The notes under the pieces are model-generated. The model was not told where the DNA came from, ran no database searches, and saw nothing but the letters and a program-made list of their open reading frames with translations. Positions 35,323 through 45,339 of a stretch of 64,000 nucleotides of DNA are shown here, piece by piece. Source of the DNA: an uncultured cyanobacterium (lineage in GTDB: Bacteria; Cyanobacteriota; Cyanobacteriia; Cyanobacteriales; CAWCAG01). The DNA lies in assembly GCA_963793425.1 (NCBI GenBank), contig CAWCAG010000005.1, positions 1,568,001 through 1,632,000 on the forward strand, read 5' to 3'. Every line of letters starts with the position of its first letter. Positions within the stretch are counted from its first letter, which is position 1. A program made the translations under genes and the position numbers.

Positions 35323-36597
35323 CTAAGCGGTGGCTTTAGCTGGCTTCAAAGCAGCGTTGTTTTCTGCAATTAACTGCACATACAACTCGTTCAACTGAGA
35401 AGCTACTCCTTGCCAACTAAACTTCTCTTCCACCCTCTTTCTCGCATTTCCACCCAATTGATCCCGCCATTGGGAATCATCTAGGATGCGATTAATTGCT
35501 TTAGCAAAAGCTTCTGCATCTTGAGGAGGAGCAAGTAAACCTGTTTCTTCGGAAACTACGGTATATTGTAACCCTCCTACATCGCTAGCAATCACAGGAG
35601 TACCACTTGCCATCGCTTCAATAGCTACTAAGCCGAAAGGTTCATAGTGACTTGGCACGACAGAAACATCCGTAGCTGCGTAGTATAGGGGCAATTCTTC
35701 ATCACCAATGCGACCAGGGAATTCTGTTTTTTGCTCAATTCCGAGTTCAGCAACAATTTCCTCAATTCTTTCCCTCTCTATACCGTCGCTTTGTCCAGGA
35801 CGAGAACCACCACCAATAATCAACTTGAGATCGTTTTTATCTTGCCACTCAGACTGACCAACTGCTCGCACTAATGTTTCAATTCCTTTACGAGGATCAA
35901 AGCGCCCGACATAAAAAACCACCTTGGCTTGGGGATCAATACCCAGCTTTTCCCTCGCTTCAGCTTTGCTGATGCCGCCGAAATGCTCGATATCAGTGCC
36001 ACAAGGAATAATTGCAATGTTCCCTTGCTTGGAAACTAGCGATCGCATATGTTCCTTTTCTTGGGGACTTGTGGCAACTATACGATCCGCATTTTCTAAA
36101 CAGCGCTTTTCTACTGCTAAACGAGTGGTAGCAATCATCGGGATCGCAGATACAGACTCGTATTTAACTGCACCGAGAGAATGATAGGTGTGAGCTAAAG
36201 GGATGGCTAGTTTTTGGCTTAGTTCTAATCCTACCCACCCAGAAATCCAGTAATTACTGTGGATTAGCTCATAGTCAATATTTTCTTGCTCCATGAATTG
36301 CAGGAATTGCGCTACAAATTCCTCACGATAACCAAATATTTCTTGTCGCGGCACAAAGTCTTCTGGCCCCGCCGTTAAGCGGATTGTTCGACAGTTAGGA
36401 GCATGATTAATAATCTTAGGTTGGTCAGCGTGAGATTGGCGAGTGAACATATCCACACTCCATCCTTGCTGAGCCAATGCCTCTCCTACTTGACGAACGT
36501 AGACGTTCTGCCCACCTGCTTCTTCTTTACCTATTTCCACAGCGGGGTCGCCGTGGACAGAAATCAGGGCAATGTGCTTTTTATTTTTGGTATTCAT
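35323..36597 (-). CDS. sps: GT4 glycosyltransferase, single-domain sucrose-phosphate synthase type
   Basis: IALISVHGDPAVEIGKEEAGGQNVYVR, HTYHSLG, GRFDPRKG, SHYEPFGLVAIEAMA; matches recalled Anabaena SpsA/SpsB. Confidence 0.75.
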   Translation of the reverse strand: MNTKNKKHIALISVHGDPAVEIGKEEAGGQNVYVRQVGEALAQQGWSVDMFTRQSHADQPKIINHAPNCRTIRLTAGPEDFVPRQEIFGYREEFVAQFLQFMEQENIDYELIHSNYWISGWVGLELSQKLAIPLAHTYHSLGAVKYESVSAIPMIATTRLAVEKRCLENADRIVATSPQEKEHMRSLVSKQGNIAIIPCGTDIEHFGGISKAEAREKLGIDPQAKVVFYVGRFDPRKGIETLVRAVGQSEWQDKNDLKLIIGGGSRPGQSDGIERERIEEIVAELGIEQKTEFPGRIGDEELPLYYAATDVSVVPSHYEPFGLVAIEAMASGTPVIASDVGGLQYTVVSEETGLLAPPQDAEAFAKAINRILDDSQWRDQLGGNARKRVEEKFSWQGVASQLNELYVQLIAENNAALKPAKATA

Positions 36598-36929
36598 ATT
36601 TTTTTAGTCCCTAAACTTAATTGATTCAGGGCAATTCAGACTCTAAATGAAGATGATTGCAAGATTTGTTAAGGTTTACTGAGGTTTTTCTCCTTATGTA
36701 AGCCTCAACTAAATAAACGTAAGACTAATTACCTAACAATTTTAGTCAATTAATGCCATAAAAGCAAAAATCGCTAAGATTATATCTCAATTCATAAGCT
36801 ATCACAACTTTTATTTACAACACTATGACAAAAGTCATATGTTTTTATTATCTAGGAAGTAGAAAACTTTTTGAATAGATTTACAGACAAATTAGGCAAA
36901 AGTATGTTACATTCTTAACTTGTCACCCT

Positions 36930-37021
36930 GGAGAGGTGGCTGAGCGGTTGAAAGCGGCAGATTGCTAATCTGCTGTACGGTTGGTAACTCCGTACCGAGG
37001 GTTCGAATCCCTCCCTCTCCG
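36930..37021 (+). tRNA. trnS: tRNA-Ser(GCT)
   Basis: GGAGAGG/CCTCTCC acceptor stem, GCAGA-TTGCTAA-TCTGC anticodon arm, long variable arm, GTTCGAATC; CCA not encoded. Confidence 0.97.
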
Positions 37022-37040
37022 TTGGCAATAGTTAATTTAA

Positions 37041-37295
37041 CTAGCTTTGTTCTTGGTGTTTCATCTCTTCAGTTTCACCAACTACCTCTAAATACTGCTC
37101 CTCTAAAAGGAAGTTCCCTACCTGAAAGCGGACTCCCCAATATCCTCCAGGGCGGCGATCAATAATCACTCCTTCTTCCCCTACGGCGATAACATGGGGT
37201 GGTCGTAACATCGGCATTGGTTCGGCGGTTTTAATGTATGGCGGCAAGGTAACTACCCGAACTTTGTGGCCAACAATGATTTCTTGTTTCGACAT
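37041..37295 (-). CDS. sipA: NblS/Hik33-interacting regulatory protein SipA (DUF3148)
   Basis: PPYIKTAEPMPMLRPP...RRPGGYWGVRF. Confidence 0.88.
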   Translation of the reverse strand: MSKQEIIVGHKVRVVTLPPYIKTAEPMPMLRPPHVIAVGEEGVIIDRRPGGYWGVRFQVGNFLLEEQYLEVVGETEEMKHQEQS

Positions 37296-37304
37296 ATTTT
37301 TAAA

Positions 37305-38426
37305 TTAAATGGTAATAGGAGAATCTACATAAATAGTAGGGGTTTGCAGCACAAACTCAATGCTACGAGCAGCAAGTTTTTTGGCAATGGTATTATTAGC
37401 CAGTTCTAGTAAACGTTTGCGTAACTGAAGAGAATTTTCATTAGAACCTAAGATGAAAAAGGTGATTCTTGCCCTTGTACCTTCTCCCTCTTCAGCTTCA
37501 AACAAGTGGATGTTGGTACTGCCAGGATCGATGCCGAATAAGGCATCAGTACTTTCTTTAATTATTTGCTCTACTAGAGCCTGTTCTTGTTCCGGTAAAG
37601 CTTGAGGAAAATCGAGATAAAGTAAGACCATTACCTTCTTCCCCCTGGTAACATTTTCAATTTCCCAACTTACCATAGTTGAGTTAGGGACGATCATTAA
37701 GGTACTTTTGGCTGCTGTACGAATTTTAGTGGAACGCAGACCAATAGATTCAACTCGACCAAATAAACCAGTGGGGACACGGATATATTCCCCAACCACA
37801 AAGGGGCGATCCAAGTATAAGACGACTGTGGCAATTAACTGTTCTAGGGTTTTTTGGGCTGCAAAGGCGATCGCTAAACCGCCAATACCCAAACCAGCAA
37901 GTAAACCTACTAAATCTATGCCTTGATTTTTCGCAAAGGCAACTACTGCCACAAAACCAATAACCACATTAGCTAAAGTTTCAGCAATTAATAATAGTTC
38001 ATCAACCTCCCGCCCCATTTTCCGAATCAAACTGATGCCGTATAACCGCACTATTTGCCGAAAAAGGCGAGATGTCAGCATTGCTATAGTGAAAATCAAA
38101 GCCAAATCGCTGAAAAAGCGTAGAAACCAATAAAAACCTTCATACTCTCGAATGAAGTTGAGAGAAAAAGCAATCAGAATAAATGTGCCAGTGATTCTTA
38201 ATAATTTTTCTAAAGGTTCTATGAGGTTTGCATAAATAGTCGAAAATTGTTCTGGGAAAAAACGGTGAATCGTGACCCTAATCAAAGAAGGAGTGTATCT
38301 TCCAACAACCAAAGATAGAAGAATAAAAACAAAAAAGATACCTAGTTTGACACCAAGGCGAATCAAAAAATCTTTTGTTGTCTGATCAATTTGTAAGAAT
38401 TCTTCAATAACAACTGCAATATCCAT
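37305..38426 (-). CDS. MscS family mechanosensitive channel
   Basis: GLGIGGLAIAFAAQ, DRPFVVGE, GRVESIGLRSTKIR, VPNS. Confidence 0.93.
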   Translation of the reverse strand: MDIAVVIEEFLQIDQTTKDFLIRLGVKLGIFFVFILLSLVVGRYTPSLIRVTIHRFFPEQFSTIYANLIEPLEKLLRITGTFILIAFSLNFIREYEGFYWFLRFFSDLALIFTIAMLTSRLFRQIVRLYGISLIRKMGREVDELLLIAETLANVVIGFVAVVAFAKNQGIDLVGLLAGLGIGGLAIAFAAQKTLEQLIATVVLYLDRPFVVGEYIRVPTGLFGRVESIGLRSTKIRTAAKSTLMIVPNSTMVSWEIENVTRGKKVMVLLYLDFPQALPEQEQALVEQIIKESTDALFGIDPGSTNIHLFEAEEGEGTRARITFFILGSNENSLQLRKRLLELANNTIAKKLAARSIEFVLQTPTIYVDSPITI

Positions 38427-38489
38427 AAATTATCTATCTATAGCAATTCTATTAGAGATTTTTATTTGCTCCCCACTTCCCGCCTATTG

Positions 38490-38508
38490 TGATGGGTGTC
38501 ACCCCTCA
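38490..38508. promoter_or_regulatory. Inverted repeat TGAtGGG-TGTCA-CCCcTCA (HetR-type GGG-N5-CCC box)
   Basis: Palindrome in the divergent mscS/hypothetical intergenic region; 14/15 identical to 59083-59097. Confidence 0.5.
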
Positions 38509-38628
38509 TATATAACGGGTTTCACGCAAAAAGTAAGATAAAGGTCATCTTGACATATCATGTACAGTCACTGAGATTATGAACTCCAGACGGCATAATT
38601 GTGATCATCCCGGTTTTATCTCTCAGGC

Positions 38629-39978
38629 ATGATGCAATTACAGGGTCTTACCCATACCATAGCTAACCAATATCCCTTAATTATGGATAGCCACAGCCAG
38701 GTGTACCAAGTCGAACAATCTCGGTTAAATAGCTCAGAGGAAAAAGACTATCTTGTTAATCCTCAACAGTTTGTTTGTCAATATTTCCTCAGCAAGGTGA
38801 GAAAATATTCCCCAGAAGAGATGTTAGAGGAGTTTAAGACTCTGTTCGTTGATCGTGCTAGCTCTTCTCAATCGGAAGTACATAAAGCTTTATATAAAAT
38901 TGTTGCTTTACAAGAGGAAGAAACTTTTCGGGAAACTTTAAAACGTTGCTGCTACATCCTGATTAATAACTGGAGTACCCAAAGGCAATACCAATATATT
39001 CAACAATTAGTTGAGCTTTTTGAGTCTCAGCCAGAAAATAAAAAGTGTGTTTCTCTCCACAAAAAAAGATTGCAGCAGTGGTTAGATAATTTTTGCCAAC
39101 TACAAGATTATCAAGACCTCAAAGTTTTTACAGCAAAATTCAATAAAAAAGAGAAGAAAACTTGGAGTGATCGCTACGCAAGTTACTTGTTAGCTTCTCA
39201 GTATACTGATGACAAAAAGTCTCCTGAACAAAAGGAAGCAGCTATGCTTGTTTCTCATCAGCTTAAAGAGCAGTTTAAGCTGGAATTAGCGATGTATACT
39301 GCTCATGCTAATTCCAAGACAGCTAGGGAAAGAAATCGAGAAAACCCTACTGCTTTAGGAGATAAAGTACTAGAGTTACTGCAAAGACTTCTGGTGAAAC
39401 GGAACTCTTTTAGCCATGAAAATTTAGCTAATATTTTCCTCAAACAAACTCAAGGGACACGCTACTACGAGTTTAAGAAGAGTTTAGTTAAGTATTTAAG
39501 TTTTGCTTTTGGTGGTAAAGATTGGACGAGAGATTTAAAGCGGGATCTCAATAAATATGTAAGAACCCTGTATCCAGAATATGATCAAGAAGTTTTGGAT
39601 GATTCTTTGTTACTAAGAACTTGTAATCGCTTAGTAGATTATTTTACCACCCAGAGTCAGGGAGAACCTTCGGTAAAATTTACTCAGTTGAGGGATGGTC
39701 AAAAGTTTATTCCCTTAGCAATAATCCTGTTGAGGATAGTTTTGATTTGTAAACAAAGCTATGTTCATTTAGAATCTCGTTTAGCTTATTTGATTCAGTA
39801 TCACCAAAAAACTGAAGGTAGTAACTGTGAAGAACTAGTTGCTTTTTTGGAAGTTTTAACTATTACTTTAACTATCTATGCAGAGAATGTTCGCTACAAT
39901 TTGCTTAAGATGGCAGCTAGTAGAAACAAGCAAAATGATGATGGTTCTCTAAGGGTATTTTCCCAAGTGCAGTGTTAG
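38629..39978 (+). CDS. Cyanobacterial hypothetical protein, 449 aa
   Basis: Long ORF; LKRCCYILINNW, RYASYLL, NPTALGD, LLRTCNRL motifs typical of a cyanobacterial family. Confidence 0.8.
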   Translation: MMQLQGLTHTIANQYPLIMDSHSQVYQVEQSRLNSSEEKDYLVNPQQFVCQYFLSKVRKYSPEEMLEEFKTLFVDRASSSQSEVHKALYKIVALQEEETFRETLKRCCYILINNWSTQRQYQYIQQLVELFESQPENKKCVSLHKKRLQQWLDNFCQLQDYQDLKVFTAKFNKKEKKTWSDRYASYLLASQYTDDKKSPEQKEAAMLVSHQLKEQFKLELAMYTAHANSKTARERNRENPTALGDKVLELLQRLLVKRNSFSHENLANIFLKQTQGTRYYEFKKSLVKYLSFAFGGKDWTRDLKRDLNKYVRTLYPEYDQEVLDDSLLLRTCNRLVDYFTTQSQGEPSVKFTQLRDGQKFIPLAIILLRIVLICKQSYVHLESRLAYLIQYHQKTEGSNCEELVAFLEVLTITLTIYAENVRYNLLKMAASRNKQNDDGSLRVFSQVQC

Positions 39979-40316
39979 TTACAGCTATTATTACTGTGTA
40001 GCTTCTAAGTTTTTTTAACTATCCTTGCTGTCTACGCCAGAAACACCCTTAATAGGAATCAGCTTGAAAAACTTGACAATCGGCAATAGCGTCAAGATAT
40101 CAAGATATAGAAACACTCATCTGCAAAAACTCAGCTTCATTTCATTTGATTCTGAAATACTTGCTTTATCAAGCTTCAGGGTTATTAACCGAAGTCAATC
40201 AAGACAACCTAACGAGGTGAGTCATTCAAAAACCTAGCAGATTGTATCTTAAACTTAAAAGAAAGCCCCTATTAATTTCTTGCCATCCCTAACCATTAGA
40301 ACAATGTTAGTGACTA

Positions 40317-41096
40317 ATGACTGAATCCCCTACAGAAACTTTGAGACTGAATAAAACTTACAACCCAGATGCTTTTACAACCCTCAGCAAAATCAAGACT
40401 AAAACTGAGATTGCTGTTGCTGCAAAAAAGCTTGATATGGTGTTCTATTCTGGCATAGAACATTTTCAGGCCTTAAGAAGGGTTAATTTTGAGGTTGAAA
40501 AGGGCGATCTTCAACTCTTGATGGGGCCTTCTGGTTCAGGTAAAACAACCTTACTATCTATTTTGGCCGGTTTGCTAACTCCGACATCAGGGCAAGTACA
40601 TTTACTGAATTCAGAAATTACGAAAATGTCCCAAAAGGAGTTAGCTAGATTTAGACGGGACAACATTGGTTTTATTTTTCAAGGTTTTAATTTATTTCCG
40701 GCTTTGAGTGCCGCAGAAAATGTGGAATTAGCTTATGAAATGAAGGGCTTAGGGAAAAAAGAAGCGAAAGAACAAAGCCAAATATTATTAACTCAAGTAG
40801 GTTTAGCTGATAAAGCTAATTTGCGGCCTAAAGACTTATCTGGGGGGCAAAAACAAAGAGTCGCGATCGCCCGTGCTTTGGTAGGAAATCCTCCTTTAAT
40901 TATGGCAGATGAACCAACAGCTTCCCTTGATTCTCATAGCGGGCATACGGTTGTGGAATTGTTACGTAGTTTAGCTAAAGAAGGAGGAAGTACAGTTATC
41001 ATTGTTACCCACGACAGCCGCATTATGGATGTTGCTGATAGTATTCTTTATTTAGAAGATGGGAGATTACGACAACCTGGAGAATTATCTTTGTAG
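40317..41096 (+). CDS. ABC exporter ATP-binding protein (DevA/LolD-like)
   Basis: GPSGSGKTT, IGFIFQGFNL, LSGGQKQR, ADEPT, VTHD. Confidence 0.93.
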   Translation: MTESPTETLRLNKTYNPDAFTTLSKIKTKTEIAVAAKKLDMVFYSGIEHFQALRRVNFEVEKGDLQLLMGPSGSGKTTLLSILAGLLTPTSGQVHLLNSEITKMSQKELARFRRDNIGFIFQGFNLFPALSAAENVELAYEMKGLGKKEAKEQSQILLTQVGLADKANLRPKDLSGGQKQRVAIARALVGNPPLIMADEPTASLDSHSGHTVVELLRSLAKEGGSTVIIVTHDSRIMDVADSILYLEDGRLRQPGELSL

Positions 41097-41206
41097 CCAA
41101 GTTGAGAAGTTTTTTTGAACAAATCTAAATTAAATAATTATCTCTAACTCCATTTACAATAGAAATTAAAGATTTGTAACCATTAGTAGACGAAGCAAGC
41201 AAACTC

Positions 41207-41386
41207 ATGAGTAATAGCGAAGATATAAAACCAACAGTAACTCCCAAGCTAACAGAATCTAAGTTTGGCTTTCACGATTATGCAGAGCGCTTAAATGGCA
41301 GGGCCGCCATGATTGGTTTTGTGATTGCCATTGCCATTGAGTATTTTACAGGTAAGGGGCTGCTATCGTGGTTAGGCTTGACGTGA
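41207..41386 (+). CDS. hli: High-light-inducible protein (Hli/SCP), 59 aa (not in the ORF track)
   Basis: MSNSEDIKPTVTPKLTESKFGFHDYAERLNGRAAMIGFVIAIAIEYFTGKGLLSWLGLT; ExxNGRxAMxG chlorophyll-binding motif. Confidence 0.95.
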   Translation: MSNSEDIKPTVTPKLTESKFGFHDYAERLNGRAAMIGFVIAIAIEYFTGKGLLSWLGLT

Positions 41387-41409
41387 TATTACTTTATGGA
41401 TAGTGATAG

Positions 41410-41721
41410 GTGATAAGTATAGGTGATAATGTAATGAACGCTTTGTGGCCCCGTTTTTTAAAGTCAGCTTACCGTAAAGACCCTGTTTCTAGCTTTATTT
41501 TTACTATAGGAGCAGTTGATGCCGTTATTGGTGGTGTGGGTGAACGCTGGACATTACTGGGTTTTGGTATCATGACGATTTTCCTGGCTATGGCTATTCG
41601 TTGGTGGCAAATTCAGCAATCTCAAGAAAGCTTAACTGAAGAAGCACCAAGGCGCTTTCTTCCCCCTAGTCCTAGTAACGCCCCTTTGCCTATGCTGAAA
41701 ACCAAGGAAAGGGATTGGTAA
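41410..41721 (+). CDS. Small cyanobacterial membrane protein
   Basis: MNALWPRFLKSAYRKDP...GAVDAVIGG; likely start at ATG 41434. Confidence 0.75.
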   Translation: MISIGDNVMNALWPRFLKSAYRKDPVSSFIFTIGAVDAVIGGVGERWTLLGFGIMTIFLAMAIRWWQIQQSQESLTEEAPRRFLPPSPSNAPLPMLKTKERDW

Positions 41722-41767
41722 TATTTTTTCTCTTCGATAGCTAATTGAGAGAAATTCAGGAGGTAAT

Positions 41768-42193
41768 ATGACAACTTTACTGGTTGATGAGTTATTAAAA
41801 ATTGGTCAAGTTGCTGTAGAAAGTGGTTTACCCGTAAAAACAATTCGTTATTATGAAGAATTAGGTTTGCTTAAACCATTGGTACAACGCTCTTCCTCAA
41901 GATATCGCCTCTTCCAACCACAAATAGTTGAACGGTTAGCTTTTATTAAAAGGGCGCAATCTTTAGGATTAAGTCTCCAAGAGATTCAAGAAATTCTGAC
42001 GATACGTGATAGTGGGGAGTTACCTTGTGATGTTGCTAAACAGATTTTAAGCAGTAAATTAGCGGCGATCTCTCAACAAATTGAAGCTTTGGAAATGCTC
42101 AAGCTAGAATTACAAAGTCTACTTTCTGTTTGGCAAGATCCCCCTATGGAGAAACAAGCGGAGAATACTATTTGTCCTAATATTCAAACGTAA
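41768..42193 (+). CDS. MerR-family heavy-metal-responsive transcriptional regulator
   Basis: KIGQVA, TIRYYEELGLL, LAFIKRAQSLGLSL, LPC and C-terminal ICP cysteines. Confidence 0.92.
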   Translation: MTTLLVDELLKIGQVAVESGLPVKTIRYYEELGLLKPLVQRSSSRYRLFQPQIVERLAFIKRAQSLGLSLQEIQEILTIRDSGELPCDVAKQILSSKLAAISQQIEALEMLKLELQSLLSVWQDPPMEKQAENTICPNIQT

Positions 42194-42258
42194 TTGCTAA
42201 TTGCTAGTTGCTAGTTGCTAGTTGCTGACTGTTGTTATTAGCAAATATTTAATGTTTA

Positions 42259-43356
42259 ATGATCAATGATGTTATGAATGTTTACACAAGAATAGTTTGG
42301 TTATTCATAGCAATGACTTTGCCTGTGGTTAATGTTGCTAACTCAGTTGAAGCCCAAGAATTGCCTTCTCCTCAACAGGAATTTGAATATGAACAGGTTT
42401 TTCCTACTGAACCTTGGTCAGAAGTAAGGTTGTTACGAACCCTTGAAGGTCATAATACCGCAGTAGATGCTTTAACTTTTGCACCAGACGACAAAGTTCT
42501 ACTTAGTGGTGGTAGTTATAATGATGCCCATTTGAGGTTGTGGTGGGTTAGAACTGGGACACAAATTGAAAGTATTAGGGCGCAACGTACTGCCGTAACC
42601 GCCTTGGCTTTTAGTCCTGATGGTCAAACCTTGGCTACTATAGGAGATGATTCTGGGGTTAACTTATGGGATTGGCCGAGTAAAGAATACACTAGACATT
42701 TTTTGAATCATACTCAAAACCTGCTTTCTATGGCTATTACTCCAGATAGTCAAGTATTGGTTACTGGAGGTTTACCAGGTATTAGGCTTTGGAATTTACG
42801 AACTCAACGCCCTATTTATACTTTGGTGCGTTTCGATCATTTTGCCTATGCTTTGCAAGTTAATCCTGCTGATGGCTATACCCTCGCTTCTGGGAATGAA
42901 AAAGGGGATATTACTTTTTGGAATCTCCGCACGGGAGGACGTAATTCTATTAACCAGGCACATCGGAATCGCATTAGTGATTTGACCTTTACCCAAGATG
43001 GTCAAACTTTGATTACTGCAAGCGATGACCGTACAATTAAGGTTTGGGACGTTGATAATTCTAGCAAAAGGTTAAGACTAAGATTCACCTTAACTGGCCA
43101 TACCTCAAAAGTTAGAGATATTGTACTTCATCCAGAAGGGAAAGTTTTGGCTAGTGGCTCTCAGGATGGTGTGAGAATTTGGAATATTGAAACTGGTCAA
43201 TTATTAAAACATTTTTATGCCCATGAAGACTGGGTACAATCTCTCGCTTTTAACCGCGACGGCACTATTTTAGCTACAGGGGGCTTTGATAACCTGATTA
43301 AGCTATGGGAAAACGCTGTACCTTCAGAAGAACCTACGGTTGTGGTTGAGCGTTAA
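42259..43356 (+). CDS. Exported WD40-repeat protein
   Basis: Signal-like N-terminus, about 7 GH...WD/WN repeats. Confidence 0.92.
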   Translation: MINDVMNVYTRIVWLFIAMTLPVVNVANSVEAQELPSPQQEFEYEQVFPTEPWSEVRLLRTLEGHNTAVDALTFAPDDKVLLSGGSYNDAHLRLWWVRTGTQIESIRAQRTAVTALAFSPDGQTLATIGDDSGVNLWDWPSKEYTRHFLNHTQNLLSMAITPDSQVLVTGGLPGIRLWNLRTQRPIYTLVRFDHFAYALQVNPADGYTLASGNEKGDITFWNLRTGGRNSINQAHRNRISDLTFTQDGQTLITASDDRTIKVWDVDNSSKRLRLRFTLTGHTSKVRDIVLHPEGKVLASGSQDGVRIWNIETGQLLKHFYAHEDWVQSLAFNRDGTILATGGFDNLIKLWENAVPSEEPTVVVER

Positions 43357-43380
43357 AAGAAAACACTACTATACAGATAA

Positions 43381-44229
43381 TCAAATCAGAAAAGCTTCAG
43401 TAACACTAACGTTTCCTAAAGCAACTTTAACACTAAATTTTTCTCCTGGTTCACCACTAAACTCTAGTTGAATATTTTTAGTACTTCTGGCTTGGGCTTG
43501 CATCACTGCTTCCCCCCGTTCATCTAGTACCATTAGTTGCAAGTCTTTGGGTAAATAGGTTTGTTTCCCTGCTGGATAGACTTGTACAGAAACATCCATT
43601 TCCGACTCTTGAGTTGGTGTCAAACCTATAATTAAAGCAACTTCTTCCCCTTGTTTTTCTAATCCTAAAATTTTCGCTCCTTCAACCATATTAGTAGGCT
43701 GCTGTCTAAACTTATGTTTGCCACGAAAGCTGAATAATAAATCGTTGCTTGGTCGTTGTAAAATGTCTTCTACTGCTTGCCAACCATGGTTAAATTGCTT
43801 TTCTAACCATTGACTAAGTTGAATTATTGGTTGCTCAATTGCTTCAGTTTCTTGAACTTCTTCAACACTAAGTATTTCTAATAATTCATCTAAGTATTCC
43901 CTCAATTTCGGAGCAAATTTCTGCAAACTGTGCTGATAAAAACCACTCAAAGTAGGTATGGAAATTCCTAAATCTCTTTCTATTTCTGACCAAGAATAGC
44001 CATTAAATCTTTGCAAAGCTATACAGCGAAAGATGGCAATCGCCTTTACTTCTTCACGCAAATCCGGAGAAAGATGATGGTAAGGAGGACGAAGACGGAT
44101 AAGTTGACCTGATTTTTGTAGTTGCATTAATAGTTGAGACACAACCTTACGCCGCTGTACATTTCCTGGAGGATATTTTTGAGCTTCTAAAGCTAAATGA
44201 TTTAAGGGATCTTCTAGTTCATTCATCAT
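43381..44229 (-). CDS. Shortened sigma-70-like N-terminal module fused to DUF1822
   Basis: LALEAQKYPPG...; SWSEIERDLGISIPTLSGFYQ HTH; LSQWL...GWQAVE...LPKDLQLMVLDE...IQLEFSGEPGEKFSV DUF1822. Confidence 0.7.
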   Translation of the reverse strand: MMNELEDPLNHLALEAQKYPPGNVQRRKVVSQLLMQLQKSGQLIRLRPPYHHLSPDLREEVKAIAIFRCIALQRFNGYSWSEIERDLGISIPTLSGFYQHSLQKFAPKLREYLDELLEILSVEEVQETEAIEQPIIQLSQWLEKQFNHGWQAVEDILQRPSNDLLFSFRGKHKFRQQPTNMVEGAKILGLEKQGEEVALIIGLTPTQESEMDVSVQVYPAGKQTYLPKDLQLMVLDERGEAVMQAQARSTKNIQLEFSGEPGEKFSVKVALGNVSVTEAFLI

Positions 44230-44576
44230 CCTGACAATACACCGAGAACTTTTATTCTCTTTGAGATAGGTTGTTTGCCTAGCCTCTATTTACTTCTCTG
44301 CTTAAAAATGAGGATTTTATGCGAGGGAGATGTTTTAGTTACAAAAGTTCATATTAGTTTGTCTATTTATCAGCATCATGAGTCCGATCTTATAATCCTG
44401 TTGAAACAGGGTAAGAAGAGGCAACTAAGCACTTTTTCTGTAACAAAGTTGTAGTTGGTTTGTATAAGTAAGTTTGCCTAGAGTAAAAATCAAGTTTTGT
44501 AAAAGATTGGTGGTATGTTGCATAAAATTCCTCTTTTATTCCTGAAAAGTTAATAGAAGCAAGAGGAATTTTTCTT

Positions 44577-45125
44577 TTGCTTGCTTTGGAAGAATCTGTA
44601 GAAGGGAATTATCGTGGGGCGATCGCTAACTATACTGAATCTTTGGGTGAACAGCCTAATCAGCCAGAAATATACAATAATCGAGGCTATGTTTATGCTA
44701 AATCAGGAAAATATCCTGAAGCGATCGCCGATTATAACCAAGCTTTAGCACTTAATCCTGGCTTTCCGGAAGCTTACTACAATCGAGGTAATGCTCACTT
44801 GCAAAGGGCAAATCTCCAAGGAGCATTAGCTGATTTCAATCATGCTTTGTACTACAATCCCAATTATTTATCTGCTTATAACTCTAGGGGAACTTTGCAA
44901 CAGCAACTAGGCAACTATCAAGATGCAGTTGCTGACTATACTCAGGCTTTACACCTTCAACCCAATGCACCCCAAACTTATTACTGTCGAGGTTTGGCTT
45001 ATTTAGGAATGGGAGATATCCCTAAAGCAAAGCAGGATCTTAATCAAGCAGCTTACATCTTCGGGGAGAGAGGAGGTGGGGCGAGTCAAAGAAAAGCCTT
45101 AAAAGTTTTAGCTAGGTTACCTTGA
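44577..45125 (+). CDS. TPR repeat protein
   Basis: Four to five YNNRG...AIADY TPRs; start codon uncertain (TTG). Confidence 0.85.
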   Translation: MLALEESVEGNYRGAIANYTESLGEQPNQPEIYNNRGYVYAKSGKYPEAIADYNQALALNPGFPEAYYNRGNAHLQRANLQGALADFNHALYYNPNYLSAYNSRGTLQQQLGNYQDAVADYTQALHLQPNAPQTYYCRGLAYLGMGDIPKAKQDLNQAAYIFGERGGGASQRKALKVLARLP

Positions 45126-45339
45126 TTAAAAATAATTACTGAGACGATTAGCTCCTCAATTCAGAATTTTGGATGATGGTTATTAGTAATTTCTCTGCTA
45201 TCTTTAATAAAACTTTATTAAGATAATTCTGTTTCTCCCTGGAAATTCTCGATTAGAGAAGAAAACTCTAATTAGAAAGATACCAGCTTTTCTTTTCCTT
45301 AAAACAAAACATTTGCTTCTAAGAGTTTAACAATTTTCT

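Noticed and set aside
36962..37165. 67-aa ORF (likewise 61157-61363)
   Set aside because: They overlap tRNA genes and real opposite-strand CDSs
40025..40237. 70-aa TTG-start ORF and the many short antisense ORFs inside long genes
   Set aside because: No RBS or recognisable motifs; consistent with chance or shadow frames
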